From the NCBI GenBank assembly GCA_034439575.1, contig JAWXAQ010000027.1, positions 256,001 through 320,000 on the forward strand: a stretch of DNA of 64,000 nucleotides, written 5' to 3'. Of this stretch, positions 29,052 through 38,464 are shown in pieces. A program made the position numbers and the translations under genes. Numbering within the stretch: the stretch's first letter is position 1; the number at the start of each line of letters is the position of its first letter. This stretch comes from Leptospira sp. (GTDB lineage Bacteria > Spirochaetota > Leptospiria > Leptospirales > Leptospiraceae). The notes beneath the pieces were generated by a model. That model was not told where the DNA came from. It ran no database searches and worked only from the letters and a program-made list of their open reading frames with translations.

Positions 29052-30432
29052 ATTTCTTTTTTTGTAATAGTTCTTTTGGCAGATGCCCTAGTTTTTTACG
29101 ACTTTCTTTTTTTCTATCCATAGCCATTTGACGGATACTACGAGCAAATGTTTGGTGGTGTTCCAAAATTTCTTCAAACGCATCTTTTCCAAGAGTGTAC
29201 ACGTCACAAAATGTTTTGGCTTTGGCGGTCGCAGAACGTAAGTTATCGTTGATTAAGGCCATCTCCCCAAAAAAACTACCTTCATGCAAAGTTGTCAAAA
29301 TTTGGCCTGAATCTTCGTTGATAATATCCACTGAACCTTTGGCAATGAAATACATGTTATGTGGAACATCTCCTTCCCGAAAGATCAGATCTCCTTTCAT
29401 AAAGGCCATTGGTTTCAATTGTTGTACAACTTCCCGTTTTAATTCTTCAGTAGCTTCTCGGAAAAAAGGGACTACGGAAATAAGCTTTGCATGTAAAAAA
29501 AGTGAAACATCTATCTTGATTGCAGTTGGTAATTCTGCCCAAATATCCTTTTCATCAATTCCGTGGCGGTATTCCCATAGGTTAACATAATAAGTGCGAA
29601 TTCTTGTGGAAAGATCGATAGGTATTTTTTTGTATTTTAAAAAGGAATTGATCGTATCTAGTTTTTCTTGGAATTTAATGCGCGCTATATCAACATTGGA
29701 AAGTATACTTGCGATATTACCGACCACATAACCATAAATACCTACACCCACAATCATTACGCACATTGTATATATGGTTTGAGTATTTGTCGTAGGGACA
29801 ATGTCACCATATCCAATCGTTGTTAATGTAGTGACTGACCAATATAGAGAGCGAATGTATCTTGTAGTTCCGTCGCTCGTTGCTAAAAAGCTAGGATTTA
29901 ATTTGATCCAACCGCAAGCCACCCAATGGGCAAAAAGAAATGTCCAGTAGATAAAAAATGTCAATCGGAATGTAACTGGATTAATGACTTCTAAAACTTT
30001 GTATTGGAACTCTTCATTACCACCCATGGCAAGAAGTCTAAGAGAACGAAAAAGTTCAAAAACTTTCATCGCTCGAATGAGTCGTAAAATTCTAAGTGTA
30101 TCTGTAAGTCCGAAGTATTGATAAAAAAATCCGCCAAATAAATCAAAAGGGAAGGCGGATAAAAAATCGATAAAAAACCATGTCACTAAATATCTCTTTG
30201 CAACTAACTTTGGATGCATGACCAAAGTTCTTTCTACAAAATACCCGGTTCTAAAATTAAAAATTACATCGATTAAAAATAGAATTTGTATGAATCTTTC
30301 ATAATTGGCTACTTGTGCATCTATCTTATAATTTAGAACGATTCGCAAAGGAACTTCTATGGCAAAGTAGGTAATTGCGCAGAAAATGATTAAATCCCAA
30401 ATTCGCTTCCATGGGGTATCAGGATGGATCAT
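29044..30432 (-). CDS. Cyclic-nucleotide-gated K+ channel (SthK/LliK-like)
   Basis: S4 LRILRLIRAMK, selectivity filter TTIGYGD, C-linker, and CNBD FFGEMAL...RSATA. Confidence 0.93.
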   Translation of the reverse strand: MIHPDTPWKRIWDLIIFCAITYFAIEVPLRIVLNYKIDAQVANYERFIQILFLIDVIFNFRTGYFVERTLVMHPKLVAKRYLVTWFFIDFLSAFPFDLFGGFFYQYFGLTDTLRILRLIRAMKVFELFRSLRLLAMGGNEEFQYKVLEVINPVTFRLTFFIYWTFLFAHWVACGWIKLNPSFLATSDGTTRYIRSLYWSVTTLTTIGYGDIVPTTNTQTIYTMCVMIVGVGIYGYVVGNIASILSNVDIARIKFQEKLDTINSFLKYKKIPIDLSTRIRTYYVNLWEYRHGIDEKDIWAELPTAIKIDVSLFLHAKLISVVPFFREATEELKREVVQQLKPMAFMKGDLIFREGDVPHNMYFIAKGSVDIINEDSGQILTTLHEGSFFGEMALINDNLRSATAKAKTFCDVYTLGKDAFEEILEHHQTFARSIRQMAMDRKKESRKKLGHLPKELLQKKKSK

Positions 30433-30540
30433 ACGTTTAATATCGACTAAAAGTTAAGGCAAATGAAACAAAGGATTTTTCAATTGCCATGACTTCGCAG
30501 TAAAATACTTTGCAAGTACGTAAAGATTTTAGAGGTAAAT

Positions 30541-30861
30541 ATGTTCGGTGGCGCTGGTGGCAATAAATTTGAGATGTTGAAACAAATGAAGAAAATGCGT
30601 TCTCAGGTAAAGACCATGGAAAAGGAATTATCTGGTCTGAACTTTGTAGGCATTTCCAAAAATAAATTACTTTCTATCACTTTGGATGGAAAATTCCAAA
30701 TGAAATCCATACAGATCGAGGATGAACTTTTGGAAAAAAAAGATAAGAATGTATTGGAAAAATCCATACAAGAAGCTTACGCTAAAGCATTGTCAGAAGC
30801 ACAAGCGGGTGCGGCGAAACAAATGCAAGCTATGGGTGGATTTCCAGGTCTCGGTATGTAA
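30541..30861 (+). CDS. ebfC: YbaB/EbfC nucleoid-associated protein
   Basis: 106 aa with MLKQMKKMR, ITLDGKFQMKSIQI and GGFPGLG. Confidence 0.85.
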   Translation: MFGGAGGNKFEMLKQMKKMRSQVKTMEKELSGLNFVGISKNKLLSITLDGKFQMKSIQIEDELLEKKDKNVLEKSIQEAYAKALSEAQAGAAKQMQAMGGFPGLGM

Positions 30862-30869
30862 AATAAAAG

Positions 30870-30959
30870 AGCCAGTTTGAATCATTCAAAACTGGCTAAA
30901 ATAACATTTTTGAAATCACTATGCATGTTTTAAAAACATTGTTTGGTGATTTCAAAAAT
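30870..30959. terminator. Two tandem hairpins between convergent ebfC and ompA
   Basis: AGCCAGTTT...AAACTGGCT, then a perfect 14-bp inverted repeat ATTTTTGAAATCAC/GTGATTTCAAAAAT (30906-30959). Confidence 0.65.
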
Positions 30960-30975
30960 TGTGATAAGGATGATT

Positions 30976-31713
30976 TTAACCTGCGGCTAAAATTTCCACT
31001 TCCACTCTTCTGTTGGCTCCGTCTTCAGGCTTTAATCCTTTTGCAGGCACACTTGATCCGTAACCTTTAACTTCGCTGATTCGTTTTGATTCGATTCCGC
31101 TATCAAGAATAGCACCTTTTGCAGATTCAGCACGAGATTGAGAAAGTCTCAAATTCACATCTTCTGCACCAGTTTTGTTTGCGTGACCTGCGATGTTAAT
31201 TTTAGTTTCAGGATAAGCGGCAAGAGCTTCAGCTAACTTGTCTATGTTTTCTTTTCCTTTTCCTTTTAAATCAGCTTTTCCGTCTTCGAAAGCAATTCCG
31301 CCATCCATAGTGGCAATGAGTTTTTCTGGTTCGCCTTGGGCATTGACTCCACCTTTTTCAAGTTTGATGCCTTGTTTCGCCATTTCTTCACTCATGTTGT
31401 CATACATTGTGTTTAAATAAAAACCTGTTCCAAGACCAGCAAGACATCCTGCACCAAGGCCGATAATCTTACCTTTGTTTTGTGGCTTTTTCTTTTCTTG
31501 CGTCAATGTTTCTTTGATTTGTCTTTGGAAATTGTTGCTTTTGTTTTTAGAATCTTTTTTTCTTTGAGATTCATCATAAACAGCACCAATCGCAAGACCA
31601 GCCGCACATCCGATAGAAGTACTTACTATGAGTCTTTTCGCGTTGTCAGAAAGTCCACAGGCAAGTGTGGAAAAAAGGGATAGGGTAACAAACCCTGCGG
31701 TAATCTGTTTCAT
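30976..31713 (-). CDS. OmpA family lipoprotein (glycine zipper + OmpA-like peptidoglycan-binding domain)
   Basis: Start refined to ATG 31713 (AGGAG RBS); lipobox TLAC; IAGHANKTG, NLRLSQSRA and NRRVEV. Confidence 0.9.
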   Translation of the reverse strand: MKQITAGFVTLSLFSTLACGLSDNAKRLIVSTSIGCAAGLAIGAVYDESQRKKDSKNKSNNFQRQIKETLTQEKKKPQNKGKIIGLGAGCLAGLGTGFYLNTMYDNMSEEMAKQGIKLEKGGVNAQGEPEKLIATMDGGIAFEDGKADLKGKGKENIDKLAEALAAYPETKINIAGHANKTGAEDVNLRLSQSRAESAKGAILDSGIESKRISEVKGYGSSVPAKGLKPEDGANRRVEVEILAAG

Positions 31714-31783
31714 TAAGAAACTCCTAAAGTTATCAGTTTTTTGCAGTTTAGGAGAATTCGCCCTTTCGGGCAAGGAAATAAGT

Positions 31784-31806
31784 AAAAAGGGGGAAAGAAT
31801 CCCCCC
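31784..31806 (-). terminator. Intrinsic terminator of the second flaB
   Basis: Minus strand GGGGGGATTCTTTCCCCC followed by TTTTT. Confidence 0.75.
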
Positions 31807-31819
31807 AATCAAAGAATCT

Positions 31820-32668
31820 TTAGTATCTATCCGTTAGGAGTTTTACTACTGATTCGGGTCTTACATTTGCCTGAGCAAGCATAGCCACACCTGACTTAGT
31901 CAAAATTTGATTTTTTGAAAACTCTACCATCTCAGTCGCCATATCAGCATCTCTAACTTGTGATTCGGATGAAACCAAATTCACATAATTATTGCTAAGT
32001 GAACGAAGAGTAAGATCAAGTCGATTGTAATAGGCTCCAAGATCAGATCTCAAACGATTTACTTTTGAAATCGCATCATCTAACACTTGCAGAGAACCAT
32101 TCGCCTTTTCCGAAGTAGAAAGTGTCAATCTATCAGTGCCTGATTTTAATTTTAAAGAAGAGCTGTTCATAGTGTTGATATAAATATCTACACGTTCACC
32201 AGCATTACTTCCCACTTGCACTGACATAGGATTTTTTCCAGCTCGAGAAAAACGACCGTCAAGTGGACGGACTTTGTTAAACTCGGCAGTGGTTCCGATT
32301 CTTTCTACTTCTTCTACTAATTGCGAAACTTCCAATTGCACAAGCTTACGGTCGTCATTCGAATAGATCCCGTTAGATGATTGGACTGATAGTTCTCGTA
32401 GTCTTTGTAGAATCGAGTTGACTTGTTCTAAAGAGCCTTCAGTGACTTGCAAAAAAGAGAGCCCATCCTGAGCATTTCTCTCCGCTTGTCCAAGTCCTCT
32501 GATTTGACTTCTGAGTTTTTCAGAGACTGCAAAACCAGGAGCATCATCCCCAGGGCGATTGAGTCGCATGCCCGTGGATAGACGCTCCATGGACTTGTCC
32601 ATGTCCCTACTGGTGTTTTGAAGAGCCCGCTTCGCGATGAGCGCACTCACGTTGTGATTGATAATCAT
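31820..32668 (-). CDS. flaB: Second, more divergent FlaB flagellin
   Basis: MIINHNVSA, ERLSTGMRLNRPGDDA and ESQVRDADMA; start refined to ATG 32668 behind AGGAGG. Confidence 0.97.
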   Translation of the reverse strand: MIINHNVSALIAKRALQNTSRDMDKSMERLSTGMRLNRPGDDAPGFAVSEKLRSQIRGLGQAERNAQDGLSFLQVTEGSLEQVNSILQRLRELSVQSSNGIYSNDDRKLVQLEVSQLVEEVERIGTTAEFNKVRPLDGRFSRAGKNPMSVQVGSNAGERVDIYINTMNSSSLKLKSGTDRLTLSTSEKANGSLQVLDDAISKVNRLRSDLGAYYNRLDLTLRSLSNNYVNLVSSESQVRDADMATEMVEFSKNQILTKSGVAMLAQANVRPESVVKLLTDRY

Positions 32669-32671
32669 AGT

Positions 32672-32717
32672 CACACCCTCCTGTGTGTACATGACCCGAT
32701 TGTTTCCCTACAATCGG
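32672..32717 (-). promoter_or_regulatory. Two CsrA-type ANGGAN/GGA-loop hairpins in the second flaB leader
   Basis: CCGATTGT-AGGGAA-ACAATCGG (32717-32696) and CACAC-AGGAGG-GTGTG (32687-32672; SD in loop). Confidence 0.7.
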
Positions 32718-32869
32718 AGAAAAACGGATTCAATTTCAAACGCATAGAGTTTGATTGAGAGAGAAGGAGCTGCCTTTCCTTTTGTCCCTCTTGAATTTTG
32801 CCTTTCCCTTTCAGTCTATCATCTTAATTCTGTGTCTGTAAAGAAAATTTGTCTAAAAGGAATGCATTT

Positions 32870-33433
32870 TTGAAAATCTATACCAAAGCGGGTGATGCAG
32901 GGGAGACCTATCTTGCCTCCGGAACCAAAGTCACAAAAACTGATCCCAGAGTCGCCTTATATGGAACTTGTGATGAATTGAATTCTGTCATAGGATTTGC
33001 TATTTCATTTTCCTCGGTGAATGAAGAAACTTTTACCAATTTTCTATCCCACACCCAAAATCTATTATTTGAGATAGGTTCTGAACTTGCAGGATACATT
33101 CCCAAAGACAGGGAATCCACTTGTTTGTTTGCATCCGACATTACCGATATAGAAAATGAAATTGATCGACTAACAGAAAGTTTAAGTCCATTAAGAAGTT
33201 TTATTTTACCCAGGGGTTCTTCTTTTGCGGCAGGCTTACACATGGCTCGCACAGTCTGTCGGAGGCTTGAAAGAGATGTATTGGTCTATGTTGAATCTGG
33301 TGGGGCCATATCAATGGAAATCCGTACATATTTAAATCGACTTTCGGATTACTTTTTTACTGCGGCTCGTTATGCGAATTTTTTAGTCAGTCATAAAGAA
33401 TCAGAATGGAAAAGCAGAACCAAAAAACAATAG
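32870..33433 (+). CDS. pduO: ATP:cob(I)alamin adenosyltransferase, PduO type
   Basis: KIYTKAGDAGET, YGTCDELNS, ARTVCRRLER and YLNRLSDYFF; start refined to TTG 32870. Confidence 0.93.
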   Translation: MKIYTKAGDAGETYLASGTKVTKTDPRVALYGTCDELNSVIGFAISFSSVNEETFTNFLSHTQNLLFEIGSELAGYIPKDRESTCLFASDITDIENEIDRLTESLSPLRSFILPRGSSFAAGLHMARTVCRRLERDVLVYVESGGAISMEIRTYLNRLSDYFFTAARYANFLVSHKESEWKSRTKKQ

Positions 33434-34701
33434 CTTTCAAGAACCACCCAAAAGGTCTTGTTTCTCTTTTTCTCACAGAAATGTGGGAGAGGACAAGTTA
33501 TTATGGGATGCGTGCACTTCTTGTTTTATATCTTGTTAAAGAATTACATTTTTCAGATGAGAAGGCCACAGAAATTTACGGCTTATATACAAGTTTTGTT
33601 TATCTAACCCCAGTGATTGGTGGATTTCTCGCGGATAAATTTTTGGGACAAAAAAGATCTATTTATCTCGGCTCTTTACTAATGTTATGTGGTCATCTCT
33701 CCCTTGCTTTGCCAAAAACAGAATTTTTCTATCTCGGTTTGGTACTTCTTGTTTTGGGAAATGGATTTTTTAAACCAAATATGTCTGCACTTGTCGGACG
33801 ACTCTATGAGCACAAACCAGAGTTACGTGATAGTGGTTATACTATTTTTTATATGGGAATCAATGTAGGTGGACTCATTGGCCCAATTATCTGTGGGAGT
33901 TTGGGAGAACGTATCAATTGGCACTTTGGATTTGGTGCTGCTGGTATCGGTATGGCAATTGGGATTCTCATTTTTTATTTAGGTTCTAAAACATTTCCGA
34001 GTGAAATCTGGGAATCATCCAGTGAGAGAGCCATTCGAAAAAATGAAGATGATGCCAATAACAAATATAAGATTGGCCTTATTTTAATTTTATCTATATT
34101 TAGCATTTTGTTTTGGATGGCGTTTGAACAGATGGGTTCTTCCATGAATTTGTTTGCCGATCGTTATACTGACCGAGAGATATTTGGCTGGCAAGTACCA
34201 GCATCATTTTTTCAATCCATAAACCCATTGTTTATCCTGTGTCTTGCACCTCTTGTAGCTATCCTTTGGGACAGTTTGGCAAAATATTCCATACAACCAG
34301 ATCCGATTCTCAAATTTGTGATGAGTTTGTTTTTTTTAGGTCTGGGATTTTTAGTAATGGTATTTGCCGCTCGGGAAAATGCTGAAGGAGTGATATTTTC
34401 AAGCATCTGGTTTTTGTTTGGTGCTTATTTTTGGAATACTATGAGTGAATTGTTTTTATCTCCCGTTGGTCTTTCCTTTGTGAGTTCGACAGCCCCATCT
34501 AAATTTGCTGGGATGTTAATGGGTATCTGGTTTTTATCCAATGCCTTTGGACATTTGTTAGCTGGTTACTTAGCAGGTTATTTTGGAAAGATGGAAAATT
34601 TGGCAGATTTTTTTACTTTTTTTGTCATTAGCTCTTGGTTAGGTGCAATTCTGCTTTTGGCGATTTGGACAAAAATAGCAAAATGGATGCATTATAAATA
34701 A
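33406..34701 (+). CDS. POT/PTR family proton-dependent oligopeptide transporter (MFS)
   Basis: EMWERTSYYGMR (ExxERF variant), GNGFFKPN, FYMGINVG and ELFLSPVGLS. Confidence 0.93.
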   Translation: MEKQNQKTIAFKNHPKGLVSLFLTEMWERTSYYGMRALLVLYLVKELHFSDEKATEIYGLYTSFVYLTPVIGGFLADKFLGQKRSIYLGSLLMLCGHLSLALPKTEFFYLGLVLLVLGNGFFKPNMSALVGRLYEHKPELRDSGYTIFYMGINVGGLIGPIICGSLGERINWHFGFGAAGIGMAIGILIFYLGSKTFPSEIWESSSERAIRKNEDDANNKYKIGLILILSIFSILFWMAFEQMGSSMNLFADRYTDREIFGWQVPASFFQSINPLFILCLAPLVAILWDSLAKYSIQPDPILKFVMSLFFLGLGFLVMVFAARENAEGVIFSSIWFLFGAYFWNTMSELFLSPVGLSFVSSTAPSKFAGMLMGIWFLSNAFGHLLAGYLAGYFGKMENLADFFTFFVISSWLGAILLLAIWTKIAKWMHYK

Positions 34702-34717
34702 TAAATAGATCTTTTCC

Positions 34718-36466
34718 TTAACCTGATGTTTGATTCACGAGTTCTTCGATTTCTGTAAATTTTTCTTCTGCCGCTAAATCCAATACCTGTTCTGCAAGTA
34801 GTTTGGATTTCCAAACACTGCATTCCGTGATTCGTTTTTTCACTTTTTTTAAGAGTGGGAGTGCACAAGATAAATCTCTGTACCCAAGGCCTATGAGAAC
34901 TGAAGTAAACATGGGATCACTTCCGATCTCTCCGCAAATGGATACTGGCTTTTTTTGGGATTTTGCCACTTCTGCGATATTTTTTAGCAATAGCAAAAAT
35001 ACCACCTGCCAAGGGTTATATAGATCGTTGACTGTATGATTATTTCTTTCGACGGCTAGTAAATATTGCAATAAGTCATTTGTGCCTACACTATAAAAAT
35101 CAATATGTTTTCCAAGAAAGGGAAGGTTTAAAGCACAAGCGGGTGTTTCTACCATAATCCCAAAAGGGATTGATTTATTTAATGTGAAGCCACTTGTTTT
35201 TAATTCTTCAATGCACTCATTCCATAAAACTTTAGATTGAAGGATTTCCGCCAAAGTCGTGATCATCGGTAACATCACTTGCATGGTTCCGTATTCGCTC
35301 GCACGAAGGAGAGCTCGGATTTGTTCTTTAAAAAAATGCGGATGACGCAAAAGATACCGGATACCTCGGTTTCCCAAAAATGGATTTGATTCTTCATATC
35401 CATTTTCCATTTTGTCGGCACCAATATCCCACACACGAAAAGTAACTGGTTTGTCCTTCATATGTATTAGAATTTGTTTATATACATTAAACTGTTCTTC
35501 TTCTGTCGGTTTGTGATCTTTGTACTGGATAAATAATATCTCTGTCCGAACAAGGCCAATGCCATCAGCACCTTTTTCCAAAGCTAGGGGAACTTCATCC
35601 AGCGAATCAATATTAACTTTTAATAAAAAGAGAGTCCCATCTTTGGTTTTTAATTCAGGAGGTAGAACCTCTTCCATAACAGGCGTTTTGAATTCACTTT
35701 GAAGGCCAAATAGTTTAATATCATTTAAGTTAGGTGATCTATTGATGAATCCTTTTACCGAATCGAGCAAAATGTAATCTTCATCTTCAACATGAGATGT
35801 GATATTTTTAAGTCCTACAATGGTTGGTATTCCAAAATTACGAGCAATGATGGCCATATGACCCGTTTTGCCTCCGTAATCTGTTGCTATGCCTGTGATT
35901 TTTGACTTATCAAGTGTGATCATTTCCGAAGGAGTAATTTCTTTGGCGACTAAGATGCAAGACTCAGGAAGAATAGAATTTAAATCTTGGTTTTGTTCGC
36001 TAACGTCCGATAGGTTGGTTTCTAATCTTTTTCCAATATCTAAAAGATGATCTGCTCTTTCTCGAAAATAGGGATCAGGAATATTCTGAAATTCTTCATA
36101 AAGGGAACTAACCGCTGTTGCTAGGGCAAGGTTTGCACTTTCAAAATTGAGTTGGATGCGTTCTACAACCTTTGCCCGGAAAATGGGATCATTCAAAAAA
36201 ACGATTTGAGATTCTATAATTTCTGCTAGTTCTTGTTGGTTTGGATTGTGCCTACAGGTATCCTTGATTTTTGCCAATTCATCTTCGGTTTTTTTTAAGC
36301 TGGATTTAAAAAGTTCCAGTTCCGCTTTGCTTTCTTGGGAACTTAGGCCTGTACGGGTCTCGCGTTTCTTTTTCGGCGGTTTCCATTTGTAAACTTGGCC
36401 ATAAACAACACCAGGGTAGGCAGATATTCCTTTGAAAATAATCTTTTCATCTACCATGGGATCCAT
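34718..36466 (-). CDS. ptsI: PEP-protein phosphotransferase (PTS enzyme I, no GAF domain)
   Basis: GGKTGHMAIIAR phospho-His, GLVRTE, DIGADK, NPFLGNRGIR, MVETP, GTNDLLQY and SICGE. Confidence 0.95.
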   Translation of the reverse strand: MDPMVDEKIIFKGISAYPGVVYGQVYKWKPPKKKRETRTGLSSQESKAELELFKSSLKKTEDELAKIKDTCRHNPNQQELAEIIESQIVFLNDPIFRAKVVERIQLNFESANLALATAVSSLYEEFQNIPDPYFRERADHLLDIGKRLETNLSDVSEQNQDLNSILPESCILVAKEITPSEMITLDKSKITGIATDYGGKTGHMAIIARNFGIPTIVGLKNITSHVEDEDYILLDSVKGFINRSPNLNDIKLFGLQSEFKTPVMEEVLPPELKTKDGTLFLLKVNIDSLDEVPLALEKGADGIGLVRTEILFIQYKDHKPTEEEQFNVYKQILIHMKDKPVTFRVWDIGADKMENGYEESNPFLGNRGIRYLLRHPHFFKEQIRALLRASEYGTMQVMLPMITTLAEILQSKVLWNECIEELKTSGFTLNKSIPFGIMVETPACALNLPFLGKHIDFYSVGTNDLLQYLLAVERNNHTVNDLYNPWQVVFLLLLKNIAEVAKSQKKPVSICGEIGSDPMFTSVLIGLGYRDLSCALPLLKKVKKRITECSVWKSKLLAEQVLDLAAEEKFTEIEELVNQTSG

Positions 36467-36516
36467 GGCAGAAGTTTCCGGAAAAGGGAGGAGATTGAAA
36501 AGTAAAAAAAAACTAT

Positions 36517-37422
36517 TTAGGAGTTTGCTTCTTTTTTAGCAAAGAGAGGTATTCTTTTGCTTTTGAAGGTCGTCAGTTCATCCCCAGTCACTTTGCTCAT
36601 GATGCATTTCGCAAGGGAGATGTCCAAAGCATGGCCCGCTTTTGAAGCAATCAGGTGACCATAAAATGGTCTTCCCATGACTGCTAAATCACCGACTAAA
36701 TCCAAAATTTTGTGACGAACACATTCATTTTCATAACGTAAACTTTCATTTAAGTAACCATCATCAGTTAGGACAACGGCATTGTCGAGAGAGCCACCAA
36801 GAGCGAGGCCACGAGCTTGTAATGCTTCTACGTCCTTTAAAAAACCAAAGGTTCTTGCAGGAAGGATATCATTTTCGAGTATGGATTCGTCCAATTTTGT
36901 TGTGTAAGATTGGCCTTTGAGTAGAGGGTGATTGAAATCAATATGGTAGGTAACTTTTAATTCGTCTGCGGGAAGCATGACTAAGTATTTGTCTCCATCG
37001 ACTACCCACATAGGGTTTGCGATGCGAATTGGTTCTATCGTTTCTTTTAATTCTTGGATGCCGACACTACGGATTCCTTCAAAAAAAGGAAAAGAAGACC
37101 CATCCATAATGGGAACTTCCACAGCATCGATCTCGAGAATACAATCTGTGATTCCTAAAGTATAAACTGCAGCAAGCATATGTTCGATGGTTTGGACTCG
37201 ATTTGTTCCACCATCGCCAATCGTTGTGGCATTGCTTGTATCGACAACATGATCAAGTGAAATAGGAATGCGAACTTTTGAGCCCCCACGATATAAAAAG
37301 AAAACGAGTCCAGTGCCTGCTTCTGCAGGATGTAACTTTAATGTGACTGTTTTCCCTGAATGAAGACCAATTCCCTTTAATGTAAGTGAACTTTTGATCG
37401 TCTTTCTATGTATTTCTTTCAT
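36517..37422 (-). CDS. lpxC: UDP-3-O-acyl-N-acetylglucosamine deacetylase
   Basis: GIGLHSG, TIEHMLAA, EVPIMDGS, ARTFGF, HKILDLVGDL and KAGH; start refined to ATG 37422. Confidence 0.96.
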   Translation of the reverse strand: MKEIHRKTIKSSLTLKGIGLHSGKTVTLKLHPAEAGTGLVFFLYRGGSKVRIPISLDHVVDTSNATTIGDGGTNRVQTIEHMLAAVYTLGITDCILEIDAVEVPIMDGSSFPFFEGIRSVGIQELKETIEPIRIANPMWVVDGDKYLVMLPADELKVTYHIDFNHPLLKGQSYTTKLDESILENDILPARTFGFLKDVEALQARGLALGGSLDNAVVLTDDGYLNESLRYENECVRHKILDLVGDLAVMGRPFYGHLIASKAGHALDISLAKCIMSKVTGDELTTFKSKRIPLFAKKEANS

Positions 37423-37467
37423 TTCTTTATCTTTTCCAATGATCCAAAGAGGATATATACCTATTAC

Positions 37468-37483
37468 TGCAAGGATCATGCCA
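37468..37483 (-). promoter_or_regulatory. Sigma54 (RpoN) -24/-12 promoter upstream of lpxC
   Basis: Minus strand TGGCATGATCCTTGCA versus consensus TGGCACG-N4-TTGCW; exact GG-N10-GC spacing; 45 nt upstream of the ATG. Confidence 0.72.
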
Positions 37484-37599
37484 AAAGGGATTTTTAGAGG
37501 ATTAAAATCAAAAAAGGGAATAGGATTGTCTTTGCGAGCAAAGACGCCTGAAAAAACGTTCAAATAATGAACAATAGCGTTAATTTTAGCTGATTTTAA

Positions 37600-37630
37600 G
37601 TGAAAAAAGGGAAAAGTGTCTCCTTTTTAC
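37600..37630 (-). terminator. Imperfect hairpin downstream of mlaD (possible terminator)
   Basis: GTGAAAAAAGGGA...TCTCCTTTTTAC imperfect inverted repeat, 25 nt past the mlaD stop. Confidence 0.4.
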
Positions 37631-37655
37631 AACAGTGTCTCTATTTTGCAACAAA

Positions 37656-38429
37656 TCAAAAAGCCGAAAGAGCCGAGCGAATGAAACTAGTAACAGGTGC
37701 TTGTTCGCGTGTGTCTTCCAAACCTTCGCGGATTTCCTTTAACACGACTTGGGCGTCACCTAAGGTGGTATTTACGGACTTGTGCACATCACTTTCATTG
37801 ATAAGTTTGCCAAGTGTGCCTTTTCCATCGTTGATTTTGCCTGTGATGTCTGAAATATTTTGCACCGTCTTACGGATATCAGCTCTATTTTCTGCGATGA
37901 GCTCGGATAAGGAGACAAGCGGGTCTTGCGTGACCTTTCCTTGGATCGGAACCATTTTTCCACCTTTTGGTGTGATAACAACTGGGCTGTGTACGGTGCC
38001 GTCCATTTGAAATTGTTTGGTTCCAGGATCTATGGAGAATTTGGAACCTGGATCTAGAGCCACAACACGACCAGAAAGCAGACTCTCATTTTTGATCACG
38101 ATTTGGTAGTTGTCGTACAAATTGATCGGGGCTTTTAAGAGGAGGGTTAATTCTACCTTGGTTCCAATGCCAGGTGTGCCTTCTGGTAAAATTTCACCTG
38201 ATTCACTGATTTGGACCAAACGAATTTTGGAGACATACCCGAAGGGAACTCCATGGATTGTGACTTTGCCACCGACCTTGATGCCTTCCGCATCTGGGAA
38301 GTAGACTGATAAATTGAATCCTTCTTTTTGAAAGGGTCCACCTTCTGTAACGATGGTAAAATACCCAACTGCTAGTAGGGCGAAAATGAAAAGTATTCCT
38401 ACAATAAGGCTACGTCCTAAGGATTTCAT
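37656..38429 (-). CDS. mlaD: MlaD/Mce family substrate-binding protein
   Basis: N-terminal [39 protein letters not shown] and [10 protein letters not shown]. Confidence 0.92.
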   Translation of the reverse strand: MKSLGRSLIVGILFIFALLAVGYFTIVTEGGPFQKEGFNLSVYFPDAEGIKVGGKVTIHGVPFGYVSKIRLVQISESGEILPEGTPGIGTKVELTLLLKAPINLYDNYQIVIKNESLLSGRVVALDPGSKFSIDPGTKQFQMDGTVHSPVVITPKGGKMVPIQGKVTQDPLVSLSELIAENRADIRKTVQNISDITGKINDGKGTLGKLINESDVHKSVNTTLGDAQVVLKEIREGLEDTREQAPVTSFIRSALSAF

Positions 38430-38464
38430 TTATGCTTTAGTATCGGTATTTTTAGGGGGATACG

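Noticed and set aside
32720-32869. Cobalamin riboswitch upstream of pduO
   Set aside because: No B12-box or other conserved riboswitch blocks are visible.
37423-37563. N-terminal extensions in the ORF track for lpxC (likewise ispH, ompA, second flaB, Rid and first hsp20)
   Set aside because: The extensions run through promoter, operator or terminator DNA; downstream starts match family N-termini, most with a clear RBS.
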